A stretch of 64,000 nt of DNA from Verrucomicrobiota bacterium (GCA_041167325.1 JBEEHH010000011.1:142653-206652); one strand, 5' to 3'. Shown: positions 24,256 through 33,031, counted from the stretch's first letter. Made by a program: numbers and translations. The notes: a model not told the origin generated them from the sequence alone.

Positions 24256-25245
24256 CTAGGTCTGCAGATACTTAAACCATTCGCTGGTTGCCTGGGCGAT
24301 CGAAGATTCGTCCCAGACCGGGGCCTGCCGCCAGTAATCGATATTATCCAGCATTCGTCCCACCCCTTCTTCGAAGCTGACGCGCGGCTTCCAGCCCAGA
24401 CAGGAGGAAATTTTCGAGATATCGGCCCAGGTGCAATCCGGCTCACCCGGCCGCTTCGGCAAGTGAACCACCTCGCCGCCGCCGAGCAATTCCACGAGCC
24501 GATTGACCGATTGCGGAGCGCCCGCGGCTACGTTGTAAATTTCGCCGGTCTCTCCCGATTGGGCCGCGACAAAGAAGGCGCGCGCCAGATCGGTCACATA
24601 TAAAAAATCGCGACGCTGGGTGCCATCGCCTACCACCGTGAAAGGTTTGCCAGCCAGTTTTTGCGCAAGGAATACTCCGAACACCGCGCCGTACGCGCCC
24701 GAAGTGCGCGAGCGCGTTCCGTAGGCGTTGAAAATACGAATCGAAACGACCGGCAGCTTGTAAACTTTTCCCCAATGCAGCACCGCCTCTTCACCCATGA
24801 ACTTGCTCAAGGCATATGGATACTGCGGACTGATTGGCGCGTCTTCCCGGGTGGGGACTTCCGCAAATCCGTAACAGGTCGAGGAGGCCGCATAAACAAA
24901 CTTGCCCACCTGGGCATGGCGCGCGGCCTCGAGGACGCGCACAGTTCCCATCGTGTTGGTGGAAACGTAATCGACCGGCTGCTCGATCGATGGCACAAGA
25001 TCGCCGATACCGGCAAAGTGGAAAACGTATTGTGCGCCCTTGAAAAGCGGATCGCCCGGCTGGAGCTCGCGGATGTCGCGCACTTCCACGGTGAGCCCTT
25101 GGTTGCTCTTGTGTTGATCGAGGTTCTGGAGACGTCCGCCCGTCAGGTTATCGATGACATGGACTCGATGACCTTGCTCCAGCAAGAGATCGACCATGTG
25201 GCTGCCGATGAAGCCCGCCCCGCCAGTGACTACGGCCAGGCTCAT
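24256..25245 (-). CDS. Extended SDR, NAD-dependent sugar epimerase/dehydratase
   Basis: 329 aa. Motifs VVTGGAGFIGSHMVDLLL and YALSK (YxxxK). Confidence 0.85.
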   Translation of the reverse strand: MSLAVVTGGAGFIGSHMVDLLLEQGHRVHVIDNLTGGRLQNLDQHKSNQGLTVEVRDIRELQPGDPLFKGAQYVFHFAGIGDLVPSIEQPVDYVSTNTMGTVRVLEAARHAQVGKFVYAASSTCYGFAEVPTREDAPISPQYPYALSKFMGEEAVLHWGKVYKLPVVSIRIFNAYGTRSRTSGAYGAVFGVFLAQKLAGKPFTVVGDGTQRRDFLYVTDLARAFFVAAQSGETGEIYNVAAGAPQSVNRLVELLGGGEVVHLPKRPGEPDCTWADISKISSCLGWKPRVSFEEGVGRMLDNIDYWRQAPVWDESSIAQATSEWFKYLQT

Positions 25246-26240
25246 TGCAGTTGCAGTTTTTTGACCGCGCGGACATTGACGTAGTTGTCATCGCTCATGC
25301 TGTTCTGGAATTTTCCTTGCTTGAACGCGTGGCAAAGATCGCGCACCGCGTCTTCGATGGTGCGCTTCGGCTTCCAGCCCAGCCTTTCCGCGATCTTACG
25401 CGACGAGACGTGGTAAGAACGATTATCGTCGGACGTAGTCGTCTCCAGGCGGATGGGCGCTTTTTCCGGGAACTCGTCTTCGACTACTTTGCGCACAAAC
25501 TCCGCCAACTGCGCGACGGTGTGATTCTCGTAGCCCGCATTAAACGCTTCGCCCGCGATTTTCTCCTTCGGCATTTCCAGGAGCTCGACATAAAGATCGG
25601 TCACGTCCTCGATGTGAACATTGGGCCGCTTCTGCGTGCCGCCGAAGATCGTGATGACACCTTTGTTCACCGCGTGATTGGTCAGGATGTTGACCGTCAA
25701 ATCGAAGCGCATCCGCGGCGAATAGCCGCAGACAGTGGCGGGCCGAATGATCGTGGTGGTGAAATCCGGCGATTGATATTGGAGCAGGATCGGTTCGCAA
25801 AGGCCCTTGTACTTGTTGTAGTCGGTCAGGGGAACGAATGGATGCTCCTCGGTGACTTCCGGCGCGTCGCTTACGCCATAAACCGAGCTGGTGGAAACGT
25901 AGATGAAGCGGTCGATGCCGGCCTCCTTGCTCGCCCGAACCATCGGCTCGAAGCATTCGTAATTGATCGTGCGGCTTAGCGATGGATCAAGATCGAAACT
26001 GGGATCGTTCGAGATGCAGGCCATATGGATCACGTGATCGACTCCTTTAAGCGCCTGCGAAAAATCGCTGAGGTTGCGAATGTCGCCTTTCACCACCCTC
26101 AAGTTGGGATGAGAGGGCAGGCCGTCCGCGCCGAACAACATCAAGTCATAGGCAACGACCGCATAGCCCGCATTCAGGAGTTTGGGGACCAGGACGCAAC
26201 CCTTGTAGCCAGCGGCGCCGGTAACCAGGACAGTTTTCAT
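25242..26240 (-). CDS. Extended SDR, NAD-dependent sugar epimerase/dehydratase
   Basis: 332 aa. Motifs VLVTGAAGYKGCVLV and YNKYK. It overlaps the downstream SDR gene by 4 nt. Confidence 0.85.
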   Translation of the reverse strand: MKTVLVTGAAGYKGCVLVPKLLNAGYAVVAYDLMLFGADGLPSHPNLRVVKGDIRNLSDFSQALKGVDHVIHMACISNDPSFDLDPSLSRTINYECFEPMVRASKEAGIDRFIYVSTSSVYGVSDAPEVTEEHPFVPLTDYNKYKGLCEPILLQYQSPDFTTTIIRPATVCGYSPRMRFDLTVNILTNHAVNKGVITIFGGTQKRPNVHIEDVTDLYVELLEMPKEKIAGEAFNAGYENHTVAQLAEFVRKVVEDEFPEKAPIRLETTTSDDNRSYHVSSRKIAERLGWKPKRTIEDAVRDLCHAFKQGKFQNSMSDDNYVNVRAVKKLQLQ

Positions 26241-26323
26241 AAGGATCGGAAATGAATCACCAAAATTGCTTCTGGCTAGTCATTTCGAAGAAATTTACGC
26301 CCCCGCAGCGCAATGATTCACGA

Positions 26324-28507
26324 TCAAAGTTCTTCAATTTCAACCGATGTAAACGAATGGGAGACGAGTCTCGGATCTGTGGCATTCGGGTGGATTGGAT
26401 CGAGCTCGGAGATGATGTCGACCTCGTTGTCTCCCTTATTAAGCGCTAACTCAGATATTTTAATCTCCTTGCGCCCATCGGGCTGACTATCGGTGACAGC
26501 GCTGAGCCGTTCGCCGTGAAATACGACCGTTAGACGGTCATTTTCCCGCAACGGATAACAAATCAGCCTCAAACGAACCCGCACGCCGTTGTCCTGCGAA
26601 TGTAAAATAACCGAAGCGCGCTTGCCATCTTTGCCCGACCACACATGACCGGTTTCTCCAAGAAACCATCCTACGCCCAATTCGGCTCTAACCCTTCTCT
26701 TCGCGGGCCCGACCAGAACAAATCGTTTGTTGAGGGGCGCAACCACAGGTGTTTCGATCGGCTTTACATGAACAATCTCGGCGCGTGAGCGAGCGTTATC
26801 CTCCAAGTCGTATTCCCCAATGAGCTCACTCATTTGATAGTAGCTTTGATGGGCAAGGTAGAGCTTCTTATGGATGAGAAAATATGCAGTCCACAGGGTC
26901 GGCCAATAGACATCCGCCAGGACGTTGATCGACTTCACGCTCCTCGTATGCTCAACACCGCGGAGGACCTCAAATTCTGGTTCGACCCTGGCTAGACGTG
27001 CGGGACGCAGCATAGTGTTATCGGCCATGGCATAACCTCCAATTACAGCCGCCACCACGACTGACTTAACGGCCAGATCAATCCATCTATATCCAGATTT
27101 CACAACCGCCAATAACGCGACAAGAGTAACGCCGAAAAGCGGGAGAAAGAAAACCACCAGCTTAAAAGACTTATAACCTCCCATAATCCCGTCTTGGCGC
27201 CCCATCACAGCCAAAGCGAAACAGCCAGCGTAGACGGTGACGCATGCTAGTCCCAAGGCGACAATGCGCCGAAAACCGTTACGATGAGCAATGTACATCG
27301 AACATATAAATGCGAGCGCCAGGATGATCGATAATGCCAATCGCACGCGCCAATCGCTCCCCACCTCTAAGAGCGGGTTCTTATACATCAGGCCAGCGAT
27401 ATAATCAGGTGCCATCCAGGGGATGAACCATCCCGCTTCAACGGCCGCGTAGATTTTAAATATGGCGAAGAACGGTCCTATGCGCTGCGGTAAGATCAGC
27501 CCGGTTGCCAGGACCGCCAAAATATTCGTCACGGCACAGATTCTGATCCCATGCCAGCTTCTTTCAAGAAATCCTAAGATGATTGAATAGAAAGCCACAA
27601 AAAACCAAACGAAAACCAGCATATGCGGATAATTCAACAGGAGTCCGCATGTAAGTAATGTAAGCAATAGCCACAATTTGAGCTTATCGAAAGGAGCGCT
27701 ATTTTTATCGAGTAGTTTTGTGTTCGTCCAAAATATCAGGAGCGCCAGACCAGTACCTATCACCTGTGGGAAAAAACCTTCCAAGGCAACGAATTGGATC
27801 ATCGGGTGGAACGCGACAAACGCGACGCCAAACAAAGCCGCGCGTGCGCTCAACTGTAAGGTCTCGTTCAGAAGAATGAATGTTACCGCAGCGCCCAGGG
27901 CAGAAAGCAAGAATACGCACAGGCTCAGCTCTTGATGAGGCATCAGCCCCAGTAATTTACCTGTAAAAGCCACGAAAGATGCGGGACCAAAATAGAAATC
28001 CTTTGTGGCCCATTCCAATGGAAGCGGAGAAAGGGCCATCTGTCCGACGAAGCCCTCCATTGAATGGCGGCTAAACTCCGATAAGTATCGGGCCATCGCG
28101 GCGTAAGTTGCGATGTCATTATTCCCCAGGGAGACTGTCGTAAGACTGCCGGCCGGCCAAAAGACAGGAATAGAGACAACGACAAATCCCCCCGCAGATA
28201 TCGCCAACGCGCCTAACGTTGGAATATGCCAGGTAGCCCGTCCCAGCTTCTCATGACGTTTCCTGATCAGCGCTACGACGAGACATACGACCGGTGCAAT
28301 CAGAATTAGTCTGGCGGTCTGGCGGCCAATTTGTCCTCCATAATAGAACACGTACCAACAGGGCAAATTTGCGTAACAATATCCGATCCAAGGCGCGATT
28401 ATGAGTGTGTAGCGCCGCAGCGACTTGGGTAGGAGCAATATCGCAAAACCAAGACCTAACGCGTACAAGACAGCGAGGACGGCCAGCGCGTAGCAGAAAT
28501 ATTGCAT
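26324..28507 (-). CDS. Large polytopic membrane protein (GT-C-like or polymerase-like) with C-terminal beta-sandwich-like module
   Basis: 727 aa with about 14 hydrophobic segments. The C-terminal roughly 130 aa (GVGWFLGETGHVWSGKDGKRASVIL...VVFHGERL...DPRLVSHSFTSVEI) shares its pattern with 3795..4412 and 4419..4964 and with the C-terminus of 6725..8863. Confidence 0.7.
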   Translation of the reverse strand: MQYFCYALAVLAVLYALGLGFAILLLPKSLRRYTLIIAPWIGYCYANLPCWYVFYYGGQIGRQTARLILIAPVVCLVVALIRKRHEKLGRATWHIPTLGALAISAGGFVVVSIPVFWPAGSLTTVSLGNNDIATYAAMARYLSEFSRHSMEGFVGQMALSPLPLEWATKDFYFGPASFVAFTGKLLGLMPHQELSLCVFLLSALGAAVTFILLNETLQLSARAALFGVAFVAFHPMIQFVALEGFFPQVIGTGLALLIFWTNTKLLDKNSAPFDKLKLWLLLTLLTCGLLLNYPHMLVFVWFFVAFYSIILGFLERSWHGIRICAVTNILAVLATGLILPQRIGPFFAIFKIYAAVEAGWFIPWMAPDYIAGLMYKNPLLEVGSDWRVRLALSIILALAFICSMYIAHRNGFRRIVALGLACVTVYAGCFALAVMGRQDGIMGGYKSFKLVVFFLPLFGVTLVALLAVVKSGYRWIDLAVKSVVVAAVIGGYAMADNTMLRPARLARVEPEFEVLRGVEHTRSVKSINVLADVYWPTLWTAYFLIHKKLYLAHQSYYQMSELIGEYDLEDNARSRAEIVHVKPIETPVVAPLNKRFVLVGPAKRRVRAELGVGWFLGETGHVWSGKDGKRASVILHSQDNGVRVRLRLICYPLRENDRLTVVFHGERLSAVTDSQPDGRKEIKISELALNKGDNEVDIISELDPIHPNATDPRLVSHSFTSVEIEEL

Positions 28508-28635
28508 TATCAGAGTGGCCGGTCTCGCTTTCGTCTATTGCGGCAATGCTGAGTCGATTACCGGCAGGAGCGAAGTTCGTACCCGATGGTTCCCGCTAAA
28601 GCAAGCCCTTAAAACTTCGCTAATAAGTGCCCTCA

Positions 28636-29841
28636 TCACCCAAGTTGGCGGGAGGTTTTCTCGATCCGATCAACAACATAACTCGCAAAAGGAAGCGAGC
28701 AGGTCCAGCCCGGTGAAACGGCGTTCAGCAAGTGGGTTGATCGTTCGTCTCCTTCGATGACAAAATCCATCTCCAGCTTTCGGGACTTGATATCGAGCAG
28801 TTGGGCCCGGATGCCTGGTTGACCCCAGCGCTGGTAATGTTTGAGGTCCACGCCGGATGCCAGCCGAGAGGCAAGTGCGACAAGGCGCGGCCTGGAGTAT
28901 TTCTTTAATTCTTCCACCGCCAGCTGCTTGAAATCAAAACTCGAGGAAAACATCAGACCGGCCTCGCGAAAGAGAATCTCCACGAATTCGCCGAATCTGA
29001 AGTTATCAAAGGCGCCATACTGTTCGCGCCAAAATGCCGGGATCGCGGTCGGGCCAATCTTGATGTGCCCATCTTCCTTGATTGTAAAATGCACTCCGAG
29101 AAACGGGTTTCGCAAGTCCGGGACCGGGTAAATGTTGGTCCGCAACGAGCCCGGAGCTTCATCCGATTGCAGATACAAACCCTTAAAGGGGAGGATCCGG
29201 TAGTTTTGCGAGAACCCAAAGTCCAGGGCGATCTTGTCGGCGTAAAGGCCGGCGGCGTTGATGACGTGGCCCGCGTCGTAACGCGCGGTCGAAGTGATAA
29301 TGGCGTCAGCGGTTCGCTGGAGGTACCGGTTTCCGTGAACGATCGTGATCCCTTCACGTTTGGCATCTTGCTCCATTGCTTCTATGACGCGGTGTGGGTT
29401 GCCGGACGAAGTAGTCGGCGAAAAAATTGCGCGCTGGTACGTCTTGACGCGAGGCTCGATTTCCCGCGCCTGTTCTTCGGTGAGACTTTCCAGGGGCACC
29501 TTGTTGCGGGCGCCGCGGGTTAGAAGCTCGTCGAGCTGAGGCAGCTCGGTTTCGTCCTTCGCGACAACGAGTTTACCGCATTTATTCAACGGGATATTCC
29601 GTGACGCGCAGTAGGCGGTCATGGCTTCGTTTCCTATTCGGGTGAATCGCGCCTTCAGGCTATCAGCGGAATAGTAAAACCCGGCGTGAAGAACGCCGCT
29701 ATTGCGGCCGCTGGCGTGCAAACCGGAGGCCTTTTCCTTTTCAATTAGAGTAACTGTCGCATCGCTGAAGCGACTTTTGAGTTCGCGCGCGATGCTGATG
29801 CCTACGATGCCACCGCCGATGACAAGGAAATCAGGCGTCAT
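28636..29841 (-). CDS. lhgO: FAD-dependent L-2-hydroxyglutarate oxidase/dehydrogenase family protein
   Basis: Motifs DFLVIGGGIVGISIAREL, GRNSGVLHAGFYY, and SLKA, resembling E. coli LhgO (YgaF). I prefer the ATG at 29841 over the TTG at 29874. Confidence 0.7.
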   Translation of the reverse strand: MTPDFLVIGGGIVGISIARELKSRFSDATVTLIEKEKASGLHASGRNSGVLHAGFYYSADSLKARFTRIGNEAMTAYCASRNIPLNKCGKLVVAKDETELPQLDELLTRGARNKVPLESLTEEQAREIEPRVKTYQRAIFSPTTSSGNPHRVIEAMEQDAKREGITIVHGNRYLQRTADAIITSTARYDAGHVINAAGLYADKIALDFGFSQNYRILPFKGLYLQSDEAPGSLRTNIYPVPDLRNPFLGVHFTIKEDGHIKIGPTAIPAFWREQYGAFDNFRFGEFVEILFREAGLMFSSSFDFKQLAVEELKKYSRPRLVALASRLASGVDLKHYQRWGQPGIRAQLLDIKSRKLEMDFVIEGDERSTHLLNAVSPGWTCSLPFASYVVDRIEKTSRQLG

Positions 29842-30153
29842 TGCCAATAGGCAGAGAAAACTTCTCCAATGCAATGCCAGTCCGAACTAACGACGCCATG
29901 CCCGGCAACTTCATACCTCATTCATAATCTGTATTTTCCTGCTGCCAACTCGAATCACCGCGATCATCACCGAGAAAATAATTCAACCCCGTGGATGGCA
30001 ACATCTTGCGCCAAGGCCGGGAACATCCGGACCGGGAATGGGGTGCGCGAGTTGGTTTGACTCCTGCAATTTGAGATGACACTGGGCTGGATAAGTGATA
30101 AGGCCTAACCGTGACGATCTTTTCCATTTCCTGCGTGGGAAGCAACGAATTCT

Positions 30154-30759
30154 ATGCATAACGGTCATGATAATGCGGATGCGCTCATCCGAGAGTTGCG
30201 GGATGAAGTCCGGCGCCGAAAGCAGGGTCTGGGGCCACAAAAACCCGAGCCGCTGATCCAGCCCGAAGCGGTTACGGCTACTTCTTCGCTTGCCCCAGTT
30301 GCGCCGCCGCAGTTACCACCCGCGTCACCACAGATCGAGCCGGTTAAGCCGCTCCAGGGAGCTCGTGGAGCCCTTAATCGTGCACGCTCGAAAAACGCCG
30401 ACGCGAGTCGCTGGCCCCGCTTCCTTCGCGGCTTGCGGCGCAATCAAACGGCCGTCAACGAGTCGCTCATTCGCGCCTTGACCTCCGTTGTGGAAGCGAT
30501 CGAGCGGCTGCGGCAGAGATTTGCCCTGCTTGATCTGCGCGTAGGCGACCAAAGCGTTTGGCACGACGCACAGGAAACAAAAAATCAGCTCGCGCAGGCC
30601 CAAAGCCGGCTGGCGGATGAATCAAGCCCACGGGGCTCATTGCCATCACAGGAGCTTGATTTTCACCTTTTTTGTTGTTCAATTAGCGGCCCTCCAACCA
30701 GAGGTCTTGGCGTCCAGCTGATGATTGAAACTCAAATCCATGCAAAACGGCCACGTTGA
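30154..30759 (+). CDS. N-terminal-domain-only paralog of the downstream coiled-coil methyltransferase (truncated duplicate, possibly a pseudogene)
   Basis: MHNGHDNADALIRELRDEVRRRK and SRWPRFLRGLRRNQTAVNESLIRALTSVVEAIERLRQRFALLD align with MQNGHVDPRELIERVRDEVRKRK and RGWPRFLRAIRRNQAAVNQSLIQGLRALIETGIWMREHFSLLD of the next gene. It has no long coiled coil and no MTase domain. Confidence 0.55.
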   Translation: MHNGHDNADALIRELRDEVRRRKQGLGPQKPEPLIQPEAVTATSSLAPVAPPQLPPASPQIEPVKPLQGARGALNRARSKNADASRWPRFLRGLRRNQTAVNESLIRALTSVVEAIERLRQRFALLDLRVGDQSVWHDAQETKNQLAQAQSRLADESSPRGSLPSQELDFHLFCCSISGPPTRGLGVQLMIETQIHAKRPR

Positions 30760-33031
30760 CCCCAGGGAATTAATCGAGCGCGTTCGCGATGAAGTGCGAA
30801 AGAGAAAGGTGCGCTTGGAGCACCAAGCTCCATTGGTTCCATTGGTCTCCATCGGCGCTGCTGTTGCGGAAACGCCGGCTACCGCACCCGTGGCTGCACC
30901 GTCGGCCAGTCCTTCAGAACCTCTCGCTCCGAGCTTACCCCCACTGGCTGTTTCGTCATCGGCTTCACCACCGGTTCCTAGATCGGAAGAAGGTCATTCC
31001 AAGCCCCGGCTTAAACATGCACTGGTGGCACTTGAACGAGCGGGCAATAAGAACGAACAGGGGCGCGGCTGGCCGCGTTTTTTGAGAGCAATTCGACGAA
31101 ATCAAGCTGCCGTCAACCAATCATTGATCCAAGGCTTGCGAGCACTGATTGAGACGGGGATCTGGATGCGCGAACACTTTTCACTGCTTGATTCGCGGAC
31201 GACCGAACAAGGCCGGTGCGCCCGGGAACAACAAGCCGCGCTCGCCCAGCTCAATCAACGCCAGGAAGAGAGCTATCGTCATGCGGCAGAACAAATGCAG
31301 CGCGCGGAGCAGCTTGGCCAACAGCTTGTCGCGCTAGATTCAAAGCTAAGTAAAGCACTAGAGCGCCAGCATCGGCAGATGAGTGAATTAGATCGGAATT
31401 TTGAAGAACGAAGACGACTGGCGGCGGAACAAGAACAGCGCATCGCGGAACATCAGAACCAGCTCATAGGGCTCAGCTACAAGCTGATCGAGTATCAAAC
31501 TGCAACTGATGCGCGACTAAATGGAGCGGCAGCGCAGCAATTGCAAGATAAGGCGCAGTTACTGGAGAACCAGCGTGCCGCTCGGGAGCACGAGCAGGAG
31601 TTGAAAGGGCTTCGGCAGTTTGTCGCTGAGCAGCAAAAACAAACTGCCGAAGAACAGCGCCAGTTTGAGGAATATCACAAAGAGCTAGAACGGCTGATGC
31701 AACTGGCCGTGCGTTTTGAGAACGAGATTACACTTGGCAGAACCCAGCAGAGCCAGCATCAGCAGGAATTGAACGATCTTCGGCGGTTTGTCGCTGAGCA
31801 GCAAAAACAAACTGCCGAAGAACAGCGCCAGTTTGACGAAAATCAAAAGGTGCTAACGCGGCTAACACAACTGGTCGAGCGTTTTGAGAACGAGATTACG
31901 CTGGGCAAAACCCAGCAGAATCAGCATCAGCAGGAATTGAACGATCTTCAGCATTTTGTCGGTGAGCAGCAAAAACAAACTGCCGAGGAACAGCGCCAGT
32001 TCGACAAAAATGAAAAGGAGCTTTCTGCGATCAGCGCCAACTTAATCGAATATCAAAACGACGCCTTCGCCCGCTTCCATTTGACTGCAGAACGACAGGA
32101 GCAATTGACAATTCAACTCCAGGACATGCAGAACTTCGTTAATGCGCAGGAGCGACAAACAACGGAAGAAAACCGTATCCTGGCGGAGCAGCAACAGCAA
32201 CTGACCGAGATCCGCGCTAGTTTCGAAGAATACCGCGCCAAGAGCGGCCACGGTGCTCCAGCGTTATTGGCCGACATTGCAGTTGTCCGCGACAAAGTAA
32301 ACTCACTGCAAGGCTCTCTTGCCATTGTTCAAGCCCACCTATCTAAGAGGAAATCGCCTGCGCTTTCAAGCCCGGCAGCGCGTTCGCTAAGCGAGGATTT
32401 AAAGGAGCATGAGGCGGATGCCTTCTATCTTGCCTTTGAAAATCAATTCCGTGGAAGTCGCGACGAGATTAAACAGCGGCTTCGTTTTTACGTGCCCCTT
32501 CTCGCGGAAGCCAAGATTGCCACAGGCCATACATCGGCTCTCGACATTGGCTGCGGCCGCGGAGAATGGCTCGAGCTGTTGTTGGAACAGGGTTATGATG
32601 GGCGCGGCGTCGATCTGAACATTTGCATGGTAGAAGAGTGTCGCTCGCGTGGCCTCAATGCCGAGGGTGCTGATGCCATGGGCTACCTTCAAAATCTAGA
32701 TTCCGGCTCACTATCAGTTCTCACCGGCTTTCACATCGTGGAGCATTTAACTTTTGCGCAACTGCTCGACCTGTTTCGGGAAAGCTTTCGGGTTTTGCGA
32801 CGCGACGGCAAAGCGATTTTTGAAACGCCGAATCCCGAATGTGTTAAGGTCCCAACTTACAACTTTTTCTTCGATCCAACTCATCGAAATCCTATTCCAC
32901 AAGAACTCCTTTGCTTCCTTGGGCGCCAGGTTGGGTTCGGTGAAGTTCGAGTGGAACGGTTGCAGCCCTATTTTGAGGACGGTACTCTCAAAGGTTACTT
33001 CGACTACGCCGGGATTTTCACGAAGCGCTAG
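30740..33031 (+). CDS. N-terminal domain + long repeat-containing coiled coil + C-terminal class I SAM methyltransferase
   Basis: 763 aa from the ATG at 30740 (the track start at 30725 is a TTG). The central roughly 400 aa is Q/E/R/L-rich with heptad-like periodicity. The C-terminus has LDIGCGRGEWLELLLEQG and LRRDGKAIFETPNP. Confidence 0.85.
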   Translation: MQNGHVDPRELIERVRDEVRKRKVRLEHQAPLVPLVSIGAAVAETPATAPVAAPSASPSEPLAPSLPPLAVSSSASPPVPRSEEGHSKPRLKHALVALERAGNKNEQGRGWPRFLRAIRRNQAAVNQSLIQGLRALIETGIWMREHFSLLDSRTTEQGRCAREQQAALAQLNQRQEESYRHAAEQMQRAEQLGQQLVALDSKLSKALERQHRQMSELDRNFEERRRLAAEQEQRIAEHQNQLIGLSYKLIEYQTATDARLNGAAAQQLQDKAQLLENQRAAREHEQELKGLRQFVAEQQKQTAEEQRQFEEYHKELERLMQLAVRFENEITLGRTQQSQHQQELNDLRRFVAEQQKQTAEEQRQFDENQKVLTRLTQLVERFENEITLGKTQQNQHQQELNDLQHFVGEQQKQTAEEQRQFDKNEKELSAISANLIEYQNDAFARFHLTAERQEQLTIQLQDMQNFVNAQERQTTEENRILAEQQQQLTEIRASFEEYRAKSGHGAPALLADIAVVRDKVNSLQGSLAIVQAHLSKRKSPALSSPAARSLSEDLKEHEADAFYLAFENQFRGSRDEIKQRLRFYVPLLAEAKIATGHTSALDIGCGRGEWLELLLEQGYDGRGVDLNICMVEECRSRGLNAEGADAMGYLQNLDSGSLSVLTGFHIVEHLTFAQLLDLFRESFRVLRRDGKAIFETPNPECVKVPTYNFFFDPTHRNPIPQELLCFLGRQVGFGEVRVERLQPYFEDGTLKGYFDYAGIFTKR
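31601..32030 (+). repeat. In-frame 168-bp tandem repeat, about 2.5 copies, inside the coiled-coil region
   Basis: Units lie at 31601-31768 and 31769-31936, with a partial unit at 31937 to about 32030. Copies 1 and 2 share an identical stretch of about 50 nt (gtttgtcgctgagcagcaaaaacaaactgccgaagaacagcgccagtttga). The encoded units are L(K/N)(G/D)LR(Q/R)FVAEQQKQTAEEQRQF(E/D)...RFENEITLG(R/K)TQQ(S/N)QHQQE. Confidence 0.9.

Noticed and set aside
29842-30153. The roughly 300-bp divergent intergenic region between the lhgO-like gene and the plus-strand arm, examined for inverted repeats suggesting an invertible promoter.
   Set aside because: Only short direct repeats (ccggga) and no flanking inverted repeats were found, and there is no recombinase gene in the window. 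It most likely holds ordinary divergent promoters.
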